Positions 1 through 9,627 of a DNA stretch of 64,000 nucleotides are shown here, piece after piece. Below the pieces are notes generated by a model. It was not told the DNA's origin. It made no database searches and saw only the letters and a list, made by a program, of their open reading frames with translations. Source of the stretch: Deltaproteobacteria bacterium (GTDB taxonomy: Bacteria; Desulfobacterota; B13-G15; RBG-16-54-18); NCBI GenBank assembly GCA_016927065.1, contig JAFGNJ010000019.1, positions 4,491 to 68,490 on the forward strand, read 5' to 3'. The translations under genes were made by a program, and so were the position numbers. Positions within the stretch are counted from its first letter, which is position 1. Each line of letters begins with the position of its first letter.

Positions 1-274
1 CCGAGAACAGCGACGCAAGAGTATAGGTCACAATGCCGTAAGTGAAGATCTTTTTTCTGCCATAGATGTCGGCAAGTCTGCCGAATGGAACGATAAACAT
101 GGCTGCTGCCAGCAGATATGAAGTAGCAACCCAACCCAATAAAACGGCATTCATTGCAAATTCTCGCCCTATGGAGGGAAGCGCGGTATTGATCGAAGAA
201 CCCATAAAGGGCGTTAAAAACGCGGCCACCGTTGCGACAACTAAAACCGACCTCTTCAGATCATTAGCATCCAT
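1..274 (-). CDS. MFS transporter, DHA2/EmrB-like (N-terminal part; runs off window start)
   Basis: Manual translation from ATG at 274: MDANDLKRSVLVVATVAAFLTPFMGSSINTALPSIGREF...FGRLADIYGRKK (MFS motif A). Confidence 0.85.
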   Translation of the reverse strand, partial: MDANDLKRSVLVVATVAAFLTPFMGSSINTALPSIGREFAMNAVLLGWVATSYLLAAAMFIVPFGRLADIYGRKKIFTYGIVTYTLASLFS

Positions 275-283
275 TTGTTATAA

Positions 284-1267
284 TTACCTCTTCTTACCGA
301 TGCCCATTTCCCCAAGACGTCGGTAAATCGTTTGTGCACCCTCGACAACCTCCTGGATGACCTCTTTAACACTCTTGAGATCATCAATCAAGCCGACCAC
401 CTGACCACATGAGATCACACCGGCATCACTGTCACCATCCTTAAAGGCCTTCAAACCCAATTGTCCGCTGATAACGGGGAGGAGTTCTTCTAGGGTAGCC
501 CCACGTTGCTCCATTTCAAGAGCGCACACGGCAGCATCGTTTTTGATAACACGCGCTGCATTATTAATAGAGCGTTCGATGATCATCGTGTCAAGCTCCG
601 TAGCCTGGAGCAATCGCTCTTTGACCTGTTGGTGCGCCCAGCACTCACGAGTGAGCAAAAATCGCGTGCCCATGAGCACACCCTCGGCACCAAGGGCAAG
701 GGCAGCCATAAAGCCTTTGGCATCAAAAATGCCGCCACCGGCAATTACGGGGATGCTCAGATAACGGGCAGCCTTTTGTACAAGGATGGAAGTTGTGACA
801 TCATCCATACCTGGATGTCCGGCGCACTCAAACCCCACCAGGGCTACCGCATCAACCCCAATCTCCTCTGCCCTCTGCGCGTGTCGTACAGCAGGGACCT
901 TATGGATAACCTTAATTCCGGCTTCCTTGAGCTTGGGAAGATACGGCTCAGGGTTTCTACCCGCGGTCTCCACTGCCGCAACGCCTTCTTCACATATTGC
1001 ATCAAAGTATTCCTCAATTCTCTCCACAGTTGCGAGATCGGGGAGCATCGAGACATTGACCCCGAAGGGCTTATCCGTCAGGTCTTTGCATTTCCGGATC
1101 TCTTCCTTAACTCCCTTTCCGCTCCCGCTGTTTAGGGCGGCGATGATCCCGAACCCCCCGGCGTTTGATACCGCTGCTGCAAGCTCTGCTGTGGCGAGCC
1201 ACATCATGCCACCCTGGATAATGGGATAATCAATATTGAGCATCTCAGTAATACGTGACTTAAGCAT
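284..1267 (-). CDS. Nitronate monooxygenase / FabK-like FMN-dependent oxidoreductase
   Basis: YPIIQGGM, AVSNAGGFG, ECAGH, VIAGGGI, GVLMGTRF motifs. Confidence 0.85.
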   Translation of the reverse strand: MLKSRITEMLNIDYPIIQGGMMWLATAELAAAVSNAGGFGIIAALNSGSGKGVKEEIRKCKDLTDKPFGVNVSMLPDLATVERIEEYFDAICEEGVAAVETAGRNPEPYLPKLKEAGIKVIHKVPAVRHAQRAEEIGVDAVALVGFECAGHPGMDDVTTSILVQKAARYLSIPVIAGGGIFDAKGFMAALALGAEGVLMGTRFLLTRECWAHQQVKERLLQATELDTMIIERSINNAARVIKNDAAVCALEMEQRGATLEELLPVISGQLGLKAFKDGDSDAGVISCGQVVGLIDDLKSVKEVIQEVVEGAQTIYRRLGEMGIGKKR

Positions 1268-1384
1268 CAGTTCTCCGTATCAATACCCTCAGAAAACGTA
1301 TCATGAACGATTAGAACATAAAGTTTGCATTCTACACCTCAAACTAAAAAAGTGCAGTAAAAAAGTCCTGAACACGAAATACAA

Positions 1385-1834
1385 TCAATATTCCTCAATA
1401 ATGACTTGTTTGCCTTTCAGTAACCCTTTGAAAACCGCGACAGCCTTTTCTTGTAAGGCCGGTAACTCCTCGGAGAAAAAGAGATGGCTTGGGCAGCGGC
1501 AGTCGCTGGAGCCGAATCCAGGAAAAGATTGGAAGACTTTTCCGACTCTCTGCGCCAACTGACATTCCAATCGTTTATTCGTCTCAGCGAACATCACCTT
1601 TTTCACACATCAATTTTTTAAAAGATAATCGACATGCCATCGAATCTTTTTCTTGCTCCCCAGGTGGCGATCAATCCTGCCCCTCAAACCACCCATGGCT
1701 GAGCCGCAATAGGCATAATACCCCTGCGGGAATTTCAGTAAACCTAGAGCCCCAACTTCTATACTCACTTCTCGGGGTATTTCAATGAGGAGGATGTAGT
1801 TTCCACGCACTCGACTGTCGATGGCGGTCTTCAT
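1385..1834 (-). pseudogene. DUF123 / GIY-YIG (Uri-like) nuclease family gene interrupted by an in-frame TGA at 1610-1612
   Basis: ORFs 1610..1834 (GNYILL, GYYAYCGSA, RIDRH, WHVDYL) and 1385..1606 (LECQLA, GFGSSDCRCPSHLF) are in one frame: AAT TGA TGT GTG. Confidence 0.7.
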
Positions 1835-1851
1835 GTGGGGTAATGAGAACG

Positions 1852-3180
1852 TTACGAAAGACTCGCAGGAAAGGTAATTGATCTCAGTCGCTTTATTACC
1901 CGCATCTGGGCCTTACGCAGGACGAAGTTGCTGAGCAAAAAGTATCCCAAATGGTTTCGTGGCCCAAAGAGGAGCCTCGTAAGGATAGAACGGGGGGCAC
2001 AACTGTATTTTTGGGCCCAGAGGTACCCCCGCTGGAGCTGCTCTGGGGTCAACCGTTTTGGCATAAACACCACCCTGCTCATGTCGTAATGTGACCAATC
2101 CGTGTCAAATATCCTCCCCTCTCTATCGAGGCGCTCCCACAAGGGCGTTCCAGGAAAGGGGGTGAGCACGGAAAAGGTCGGCAGTTCTATTTTATTACGC
2201 TGAATAAACTCAACCGTTCGTTCGAAGACATCAGAATCATCATGGTCAAAACCAAATATGAAAGATCCTTGAATTCCGATCCCATGATCATGGATCCGTT
2301 CAATAAATCCATGTAAATCCTCTATCCCCTGAAACCGCTTCTTAGGCCCATCAAGATTCTCTTTCTGTAAAGACTCAAACCCAATAAATAACGAGATGCA
2401 CCCGCTCTCGGCAGCCAGTTTCAGCAATTCTGCGTCTTTGGCGATTTCAATAGTGACAAAACCCATCCACCGTACCCGCAACTCCTTGAAGATCTCGAAC
2501 AGACCCTTGGCATGAGTCCTTTGAGCGATGACATTATCATCAGCCAAAAAAATATACTCCCCTTGTTTTTTTACGATGGTCTCCAATTCACGTCTGATAT
2601 CGGGCAATGGCCTCGTACGGTACCTACGGCCTGCGATCACCGGCACGGAGCAGAATTCACATCGGTTGGGGCACCCGCGGGTCGTCTCTATAACCTTGAA
2701 GATGGGACTATACCCCTTACCCAAAAGTTCACGGCGGGGTAAAGGAAGATCGTGGAGGTCGTGGAGTCGTTCAGCGCGATAAAAGGGTTTGAGATCTCCC
2801 TGTTCAAAATCGTCGATCAACTGCTCAATAATCAACTCCCCCTCTCCAAGGACCACGGCATCGGCGTGTTTCTTCGCCTCCTCAGGCATAAAAGTGGGAT
2901 GTACCCCTCCCAGGACAACCGGTACCCCTCGCTCCCGAAACTTGTCCGCGATTTCATAGGTCCGCTGCGCTTGCGTGGTGAGCGCCGTAATCCCCACCAG
3001 GTCCACTGCCTCTTTACAATCGACCTCTTCGAGAAACTCGTTGACGATTCTTACCTCATAGCGGGGGGGAAAAAAGGAAGCCAGAAGTGTGAGTCCCAAC
3101 AATGGAAAGGGATACGGCGTGTCTGTGGACATGTAGACATCTTTTTGACGTGGATAGATCAAGAGGACAGATTTCGCCAT
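1852..3180 (-). CDS. Cobalamin-binding radical SAM protein
   Basis: N-terminal B12-binding region (VVLGGVHPT, GEGE); TRGCPNRCEFC; IGFES; TPFPGT. Confidence 0.9.
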   Translation of the reverse strand: MAKSVLLIYPRQKDVYMSTDTPYPFPLLGLTLLASFFPPRYEVRIVNEFLEEVDCKEAVDLVGITALTTQAQRTYEIADKFRERGVPVVLGGVHPTFMPEEAKKHADAVVLGEGELIIEQLIDDFEQGDLKPFYRAERLHDLHDLPLPRRELLGKGYSPIFKVIETTRGCPNRCEFCSVPVIAGRRYRTRPLPDIRRELETIVKKQGEYIFLADDNVIAQRTHAKGLFEIFKELRVRWMGFVTIEIAKDAELLKLAAESGCISLFIGFESLQKENLDGPKKRFQGIEDLHGFIERIHDHGIGIQGSFIFGFDHDDSDVFERTVEFIQRNKIELPTFSVLTPFPGTPLWERLDREGRIFDTDWSHYDMSRVVFMPKRLTPEQLQRGYLWAQKYSCAPRSILTRLLFGPRNHLGYFLLSNFVLRKAQMRVIKRLRSITFPASLS

Positions 3181-3188
3181 TTAAATTC

Positions 3189-4640
3189 CTAGGACAGTTT
3201 TGATGCCTCAAAAGGGCGATAACCAGGTTGTTGCCAGGGACGACGGGTGGCGTTCTCCCAAACATAGCGCATGATAAGCCGGTAGGCCATCCTCTTAAAG
3301 GGGTTTCTATTGAAGAGGGCTCCCAATAAGATACGAGGCTGGGTATAAAATTTACGCAGATACTTCTGTTGGAGTGTCCATACCTCATCTCGACTGAGGT
3401 CCTTGCTGCGCACAATGGGATGCATAAAATCATAGTGCGCGTAATCTCTGTTCTGGATAAGCCCCTGTTTCTCCACTTCTCGGTGGTAGCGGGTCCCTGG
3501 CAAGGGCGTGGTAATGGTCAGCACCAAGAAATCACCTTGCCGCTTTACAAAGTTAAATATCTCTCGGAGGGACTCCTCGGAATCGTACCAATCACCAAAC
3601 ATCACATTGGTCATCACCATGATGTTGTTGCGCCTCAAGATATCGATGGCCTTCTGGGCTAAGTCTCTGTTTTGCTTCTTCTGGTAGTGATCGAGGACCT
3701 GGGGATTGATGCTCTCCACCCCGAGCATCACTTCATACAAACCGAGCCGTTTAAATTCAGGCATGAGGTCAGCATCACGGATGATATCCCTCAACCGCGA
3801 TTGGAACCAGAAATCAACCCTCATCCCAGAACGTCCCAGCTCTTGAAGAAATTCCTCCACCCTGGCCCTGCTCCAGTTGAAACTGTTTTCATTGAACACA
3901 AAAAGGGACTTGCCATAGTGCTTGTTTAGATATCTCATCTCCTCTACCACCATACCGCCACTTCTCCCCCGCCACACTCCCCCCCAAAACTGCGATTCGG
4001 AGCAATAGGCGCATCGATCACCACACCCCCGGCTGGTGGAGATGCCGAAAGCCCGTCTGCCCATCCCGTGCCAGTAATAGGCGTCGGCCTTCATATCCAG
4101 GAGGTGGTAGGCCGGCATGGGGAGGGAATCGAGATTTGTGATCAACCCTCTAGGATCAGAAAAAACAACCTCTCCATCCTTGCGAAAGGCCATTCCAGGA
4201 ATATTCACAATCTCGTTATTATCTCCGTCCTCAATACGGGAGGCAAGTTCCAAAAAAGTAGCCTCCCCTTCACCAGTGACGATATAATCCAACTCTTGTA
4301 CTTCAGACAGAACCTCTTTAGCCATAAGACTGAAGTGCCCTCCCCCGGCCACAACCACAGACCTGGGCAAATGTTTTTTAATAAGCGTAATGGCCTGTAA
4401 TGCTTCAGGCGAAAGACAGGTGGCCGAACAGGTCACCCCAACAAGCTGTGGTTTGGCGGCGTAGATCCGTTGAACCAGCTCGTCCCACGGATCGGAAAAG
4501 GTAGTACAATCAAGGATTTCGGCGGAAAAGTTAGTCTTTTCCTGAAGATATGCCGCGATGCTCAGCAGTCCAAAAGATGGGGTCCACATCCTGAGTCCGG
4601 GAAAGAGTTTGTGGGGAGGATCAACTAGTACAATGTGCAT
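3189..4640 (-). CDS. Cobalamin-binding radical SAM protein (BchE-like)
   Basis: VAGGGHFS, GEGE; SRGCGDRCAYC; LGVES; TPLPGT. Confidence 0.9.
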   Translation of the reverse strand: MHIVLVDPPHKLFPGLRMWTPSFGLLSIAAYLQEKTNFSAEILDCTTFSDPWDELVQRIYAAKPQLVGVTCSATCLSPEALQAITLIKKHLPRSVVVAGGGHFSLMAKEVLSEVQELDYIVTGEGEATFLELASRIEDGDNNEIVNIPGMAFRKDGEVVFSDPRGLITNLDSLPMPAYHLLDMKADAYYWHGMGRRAFGISTSRGCGDRCAYCSESQFWGGVWRGRSGGMVVEEMRYLNKHYGKSLFVFNENSFNWSRARVEEFLQELGRSGMRVDFWFQSRLRDIIRDADLMPEFKRLGLYEVMLGVESINPQVLDHYQKKQNRDLAQKAIDILRRNNIMVMTNVMFGDWYDSEESLREIFNFVKRQGDFLVLTITTPLPGTRYHREVEKQGLIQNRDYAHYDFMHPIVRSKDLSRDEVWTLQQKYLRKFYTQPRILLGALFNRNPFKRMAYRLIMRYVWENATRRPWQQPGYRPFEASKLS

Positions 4641-4642
4641 CG

Positions 4643-5080
4643 TTACAGCCCTAAAGAGGTAAACATTTGTTCAAGCCTCTGTTGTAGCTCAGGGGGAACT
4701 CTATAGAGCAGGGTTCCCGTGAGGTCGGTCAATACATGGACAGTACTTCCTTCAGCAAGCATTTCATTGTCTCGCAGCACACCATAGTGAAATATCATCT
4801 TTGCCGTTTCACATCGTTCCGTAGTAGTCTGAACTACAACCACATCACCATAGCGGGCAGGACGCTTGAATTTGCACGAAAGGTCAATAACTGGGGCCAT
4901 GAGACCTATTTCCTTCAGTTGTTCTGGATCTAAACCAAATTGAGAGGCAAGTTCATTTCTCCCCACTTCGAACCATGATATATAGTGGCCGTGCCAGACC
5001 ACCTGATAGGAGTCTACCTCATAGAAACGGACCTTAAATCGAGTCTCATGCGGCACCGTGCACCACCCTCTGCATTTCAT
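4643..5080 (-). CDS. Hotdog-fold acyl-CoA/acyl-ACP thioesterase (YbgC/4HBT family)
   Basis: VRFYEVDSYQVVWHGHYISWFEVGR; true start may be a few codons downstream. Confidence 0.85.
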   Translation of the reverse strand: MKCRGWCTVPHETRFKVRFYEVDSYQVVWHGHYISWFEVGRNELASQFGLDPEQLKEIGLMAPVIDLSCKFKRPARYGDVVVVQTTTERCETAKMIFHYGVLRDNEMLAEGSTVHVLTDLTGTLLYRVPPELQQRLEQMFTSLGL

Positions 5081-5105
5081 CCAACATCGTGAGCCTCACT
5101 AAATC

Positions 5106-6032
5106 TTATATAATATCACGCACACCGTATGACAAGGCCTTGACGTCTCGGTTGATCCAACGAATCAACCGCGTAAGGGTGTCATGTGGCCCCATTTCTA
5201 TAAAACACGTAACGCCTGCCGAGAGAAGATATTGAACGCCTCCCTCCCAGTCAACAGGCTTACAGAGCTCTTCTGCCAAAAAATCCCTGATCTCATCAGG
5301 ATCGCTTAAGTGCCTTCCGCCCCAGTGACTCACCACGGGGATTCGGGGAGGATGTATCGTGAATCCCGTTACGAATTTTCGGACATCGCTCATTGCGGAT
5401 TCCATTAAGGGTGAGTGCAAGGGTGTATTGAAGGTGAGACGTTGTGCAGAGATGGCTCCCTGTTGCAAAGCCAGTTCCATACCGCGTTCTATAGCCTTCT
5501 TATCCCCTGAAAGGACAAACTGCCGAGAGCCATTCACGTTGGCAACATAGAGATCGCCCTCTACGCTTGAGCATATTCCCTTAATGTTCTCGCTTGCAAG
5601 ACCAATAATTACGATGAGCCCGCCGGGTGATTGCTCCTCTACACGTTCTAAAATAAGGCCTATCCCCTTGACCATCTCCAATCCTTCCTCAAAGGTCATG
5701 ACTTCTGCTGCCGCCAAAGCGGCATAAATCCCCATGCTATGTTCAGCGATAAAATCCCCTCGTCCTCCTTTACGACAATACTGATCAAAGGAAACCATGC
5801 TTAACAGGTAGCTTGCCACCTGTAATTTCAAGTTAAGACAACGATCCTCCTCCTCTTGCTGAAAGAAAAAAGAGAAAAGATCGAAGCCGACCTTTTCCCA
5901 CGTCTTCTCAAAAAAGGGGTGGGGGAACCGTTTTTCTCCCCCACTACTCATCTCACCACCTAGTTCATCCGGTACCTTGCTAAGCTGACCGGGGAAACAG
6001 AGGGCTACCTTCCCCGCATTACGCTGCTCCAT
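5106..6032 (-). CDS. FabD-like acyltransferase with atypical active site
   Basis: FPGQ, EHSMG nucleophile motif, ANVN, PLHS, PVDW, FIEMGP. Confidence 0.8.
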   Translation of the reverse strand: MEQRNAGKVALCFPGQLSKVPDELGGEMSSGGEKRFPHPFFEKTWEKVGFDLFSFFFQQEEEDRCLNLKLQVASYLLSMVSFDQYCRKGGRGDFIAEHSMGIYAALAAAEVMTFEEGLEMVKGIGLILERVEEQSPGGLIVIIGLASENIKGICSSVEGDLYVANVNGSRQFVLSGDKKAIERGMELALQQGAISAQRLTFNTPLHSPLMESAMSDVRKFVTGFTIHPPRIPVVSHWGGRHLSDPDEIRDFLAEELCKPVDWEGGVQYLLSAGVTCFIEMGPHDTLTRLIRWINRDVKALSYGVRDII

Positions 6033-6315
6033 CAGCTACCGCTACAGGTTTTCCCTGATTATCAACGATATATTGAGCAATGGTCCTGACCGATTGAAAG
6101 ACTGTTTTACCAACCTCGGCATCTGGGATACTGACCCCGTACTCCTTTTCCAAACCGATAACTAACTCCAGGGCATCAATAGAATCAAGTCCCAGACCTT
6201 CCCCGAAGAGTGGTGCGTCGGTAGCTATATCTTCAACGGATATTTCCTCTAGTTTGAGCCGTTCAACGATCAACTTTTTCACCGCTGCAATCAAATCTCC
6301 TGTAACTCCTGACAT
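6019..6315 (-). CDS. Acyl carrier protein
   Basis: APLFGEGLGLDSIDALEL phosphopantetheine motif; ATG at 6315 downstream of AAGGAGG. Confidence 0.9.
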   Translation of the reverse strand: MSGVTGDLIAAVKKLIVERLKLEEISVEDIATDAPLFGEGLGLDSIDALELVIGLEKEYGVSIPDAEVGKTVFQSVRTIAQYIVDNQGKPVAVADGAA

Positions 6316-6356
6316 TTTCCTTTTTACTACCTCCTTGAGTCTCACGCTGTATTGAT

Positions 6357-6386
6357 ATCATAACAAAAACTAGACTATACTTTCAA
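6357..6386 (-). promoter_or_regulatory. Putative sigma70 promoter of the ACP operon
   Basis: TTGAAA-18 nt-TATGAT with TGn extension on the minus strand. Confidence 0.5.
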
Positions 6387-6444
6387 CTCGTTTTGTTTTG
6401 AAGTCCCCACCGTAATTATAAACCGAGGTAATTAAGTGAACGGC

Positions 6445-7092
6445 TTATGTAGTGTGTATTCTCTCTTCCACCGTAAACCCCTTATCCTTGAGCTGTTTCA
6501 TTAAAGGGGTAATATTCTCCGTATTCAGGTGGAGGACGAAATCATTTTCTCGAGATTCCATCGACTTAAAAGAACAAAAGGATTTTAGCTCAATATCAGA
6601 TTTTCTCACGACGTCGAGCACCTTATACATTTCTTCAGGATCACCGGCTCCGCGTACTATTATCCGCTTGCCGGCCTCACCAATTCCTAAAAGGGGATTC
6701 AGTATTTGGTAGAAGAAATCGTTGGTTGTCACTATACCTACGATTTTACTTCCTTGAAGGACCGGAAGACAGCCAACCTTATTCTTTTGTGCAATGGCAG
6801 CGGCCTGTTCCACGGTGGTATCTGGGGGAACCGTCACCACATCTTTTGTCATGATTTCCTTAACGGTCAACTTCGACAGCAAATAATAGAGCTCACCTCG
6901 ACTAAACGTCGTGGCATTCGAAGGACTAGCCCTTAAGAGGTTATCTTTGGTCACCAACCCCGACAATTTACCCTTGTCTACCACAGGAAGACGTTCAAAT
7001 CTATGAAACACCATAAGCTGCTCGGCTTCAAATACCGCGGTATCGCTGGGGATAGTAATAACGTTCTTTGTCATGATATCGCTCACTAACAT
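6445..7092 (-). CDS. CBS-pair + ACT-like domain protein (AcuB-like)
   Basis: IMTKNVITI...LPVVD; IMTKDVVTV...VGCLPV...GIVTTND. Confidence 0.85.
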   Translation of the reverse strand: MLVSDIMTKNVITIPSDTAVFEAEQLMVFHRFERLPVVDKGKLSGLVTKDNLLRASPSNATTFSRGELYYLLSKLTVKEIMTKDVVTVPPDTTVEQAAAIAQKNKVGCLPVLQGSKIVGIVTTNDFFYQILNPLLGIGEAGKRIIVRGAGDPEEMYKVLDVVRKSDIELKSFCSFKSMESRENDFVLHLNTENITPLMKQLKDKGFTVEERIHTT

Positions 7093-7216
7093 AGTATCTC
7101 CTCCCCCATACTATATTATTTTTGCCATTACTTACCATTGATTGCTAGAGGTGTCAATGAAAATCACACAAGGGAAGTAATATTGACAAACCTCTCATTT
7201 TGATTCATCATAGAAT

Positions 7217-7474
7217 ATGCGATATATTATAATTTTTCTCATAATCTATCTCTGCTACGTTATCCTGAGAAAGGCCCTCATCCCGCTTCTGCGTACGTAT
7301 AAGCTCTTTAAGAGGTATCAGAAAACCTCAAACTCAAATGCCAAGGAAATGGTCCAAGACCCCTACTGCCAGACCTACATCCCCAAAGAAACGGCCCTGA
7401 AAGCAACCATCGGAGGAGAAGTCTTCTACTTTTGCAGCCGGAAGTGCTTGGAGGAATTCAAAAAGAATTCCTGA
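7217..7474 (+). CDS. Small membrane-anchored YHS/TRASH domain protein
   Basis: N-terminal TM; MVQDPYCQTYIP...FYFCSRKC. Confidence 0.8.
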   Translation: MRYIIIFLIIYLCYVILRKALIPLLRTYKLFKRYQKTSNSNAKEMVQDPYCQTYIPKETALKATIGGEVFYFCSRKCLEEFKKNS

Positions 7475-7538
7475 TATCAGAATGGATGGGAAACAAGCTA
7501 ACGTATCACTTTTTCAAAGATTAAGGTGCGCTTTCCCC

Positions 7539-7567
7539 TTGACCCATCACTAGCTTTTTTCTATACT
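7539..7567 (+). promoter_or_regulatory. Putative sigma70 promoter of the lsrF-like gene
   Basis: TTGACC-17 nt-TATACT. Confidence 0.55.
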
Positions 7568-7647
7568 CATCCCAACAAGAAAGGAGTAGGAACCGATAAA
7601 TTTCCTACTTAGAAACACTAAAACTACACAGCAAGGAGGTCGTTTTA

Positions 7648-8439
7648 ATGGATTGGGGTATGAGAAATCGCATTGCACAATTGATACAGCCTGACGGACA
7701 CTGCTTTTTTATGCCAATCGACCATGGCTACTTCCAAGGGCCTACAAAACGCCTGGAGAAACCCGATGAGACGGTCAAACCTCTCCTTCCCTATTGTGAC
7801 GCTCTCTTTGTCACTCGCGGCATTTTGCGTACGTGCATTGATCCGACCTCGAGCAAGCCGATTATTCTCAGGGTATCCGGTGGAACAAGCCTTGCGGGGA
7901 AAGACCTGGCCCACGAGGGCATCACCACCTCGGTTCGCGAAGCTATCCGTCTCAATGTGGCCGCGGTGGGGATCTCCATCTTTGTCGGCAGTGAGTACGA
8001 GCATGAAACGCTGCTGAACTTAGCCAACCTCGTGAATGATTGTGAGGAATGCGGCATTCCGGTCATGGCGGTTACCGCCGTGGGGAGAGAGTTAGAAAAA
8101 AGAGAGGACCGCTATCTCGCCATGTGTTGTCGTATCGCCGCCGAACTGGGCGCTCGGGTTGTAAAGACCTACTGGTGCAAAGATTTCGAAAAAGTCACCA
8201 CTGGGTGCCCTGTTCCCGTAGTCATGGCAGGCGGCCCAAAGTGTAAGACAGAACTTGAGGTGTTCGAGTTTGTTTATGATGGGATGCAAAAAGGGGCCAT
8301 TGGGGTAAACCTAGGGCGAAACGTCTGGCAAGACAAACACCCGGTGGCCATGGCAAAGGCCTTGAGGGCCATTATCCATGAAGGCGCCACACCCCAAGGA
8401 GCCCAGGAATTGTACAACATTACCAAAAACAGCAAATAA
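7648..8439 (+). CDS. lsrF: LsrF-like thiolase / class I aldolase (DhnA family)
   Basis: MDWGMRNR, PIDHGYFQGP, ELGARVVKTY (catalytic Lys), AGGPK, GRNVWQ; RBS AAGGAGG. Confidence 0.8.
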   Translation: MDWGMRNRIAQLIQPDGHCFFMPIDHGYFQGPTKRLEKPDETVKPLLPYCDALFVTRGILRTCIDPTSSKPIILRVSGGTSLAGKDLAHEGITTSVREAIRLNVAAVGISIFVGSEYEHETLLNLANLVNDCEECGIPVMAVTAVGRELEKREDRYLAMCCRIAAELGARVVKTYWCKDFEKVTTGCPVPVVMAGGPKCKTELEVFEFVYDGMQKGAIGVNLGRNVWQDKHPVAMAKALRAIIHEGATPQGAQELYNITKNSK

Positions 8440-8562
8440 TAGATTATTACCGGCCAATGGGTCTAACGGAGAAAGATTACCAGACAAGGTGCTTGTATGA
8501 GATTGTACGTCTTTTCATCCCTTTTTCAGATGATCAAACTCGGTTGCTGATAGAAACATAGC

Positions 8563-9588
8563 ATGCGCGTAGCAATGTATTATAACAACCAGGATGTACG
8601 CTTAGAGGAATTGCCAACGCCTCAAATCGGCCCTGGTGAGTTATTAGTCAAAGTGCAGGCCAGTGGCATCTGCGGCAGCGATGTCATGGAATGGTATCGC
8701 ACCAAAAAAGCCCCGATGGTGCTCGGTCATGAAATCACTGGAGAAGTCGCCGAAATCGGAAAGGACGTTGACCGTTATAAAGTCGGCGACAGGGTCTTTG
8801 TTTCCCATCACGTTCCGTGTAATACCTGCCGTTACTGTCTCAATGGCCTTCACACGGTCTGCGAGACCCTGCATACCACCAATTATGATCCTGGGGGCTT
8901 TGCCGAATATATACGGGTACCACCTCTAAACATGGATCGAGGGGTTTTTTTGCTCCCTGAGGAGATATCGTTTGAGGTCGGAACATTTATCGAGCCCCTC
9001 GCCTGCGTTGTCCGAGGACAGCGATCTGCACGGCTGCTTCCTGGACTAACGGTCCTTGTCCTCGGTAGCGGTATCTCCGGCCTCCTGCACGTAGCCATGG
9101 CTCGCGCCTCAGCTTCGGGGCGCATCATTGCCACGGATATCAGCGACTACCGTCTAGATGCGGCGCAACGTCTTGGGGCCGATGTTGCGATCGATGCCAA
9201 AGAAGATGTACCAGCACGCCTGCGCCAGGCCAATGACAAGAGACTGGCCGATTTAGTCATCGTCTGTACCGGTGCTCTGTCCGCCTTTCAACAGGCCTTA
9301 CAATCGGTTGATCGCGGAGGAACGGTTCTCTTTTTCGCCCCAACCGAGCCAGGGGTTGACCTTCCCGTCCCAGTCAATGATTTCTGGCGAAACGGGATCA
9401 CTTTAATGACCTCGTACGGTGCCGGCCCCTTGGATATCGCTGTAGCCATAGGCCTGATTCGCGCCCACCGGGTGCCCGTACAAGAAATGATCACCCACCG
9501 TCTGGGCCTTGCGGAGACCGGATTAGGATTTCAGATGGTAGCGGATGCCGGAGAGTCTATCAAGGTAATTATTGAACCACAGAGATAG
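8563..9588 (+). CDS. Zn-dependent alcohol/polyol dehydrogenase (MDR family)
   Basis: GICGSD, GHE, CNTCRYC...C structural Zn, LGSGISG. Confidence 0.9.
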   Translation: MRVAMYYNNQDVRLEELPTPQIGPGELLVKVQASGICGSDVMEWYRTKKAPMVLGHEITGEVAEIGKDVDRYKVGDRVFVSHHVPCNTCRYCLNGLHTVCETLHTTNYDPGGFAEYIRVPPLNMDRGVFLLPEEISFEVGTFIEPLACVVRGQRSARLLPGLTVLVLGSGISGLLHVAMARASASGRIIATDISDYRLDAAQRLGADVAIDAKEDVPARLRQANDKRLADLVIVCTGALSAFQQALQSVDRGGTVLFFAPTEPGVDLPVPVNDFWRNGITLMTSYGAGPLDIAVAIGLIRAHRVPVQEMITHRLGLAETGLGFQMVADAGESIKVIIEPQR

Positions 9589-9627
9589 CTTGTGGTAAAA
9601 CACTAACATCACACAAGGAGGCAAAAG

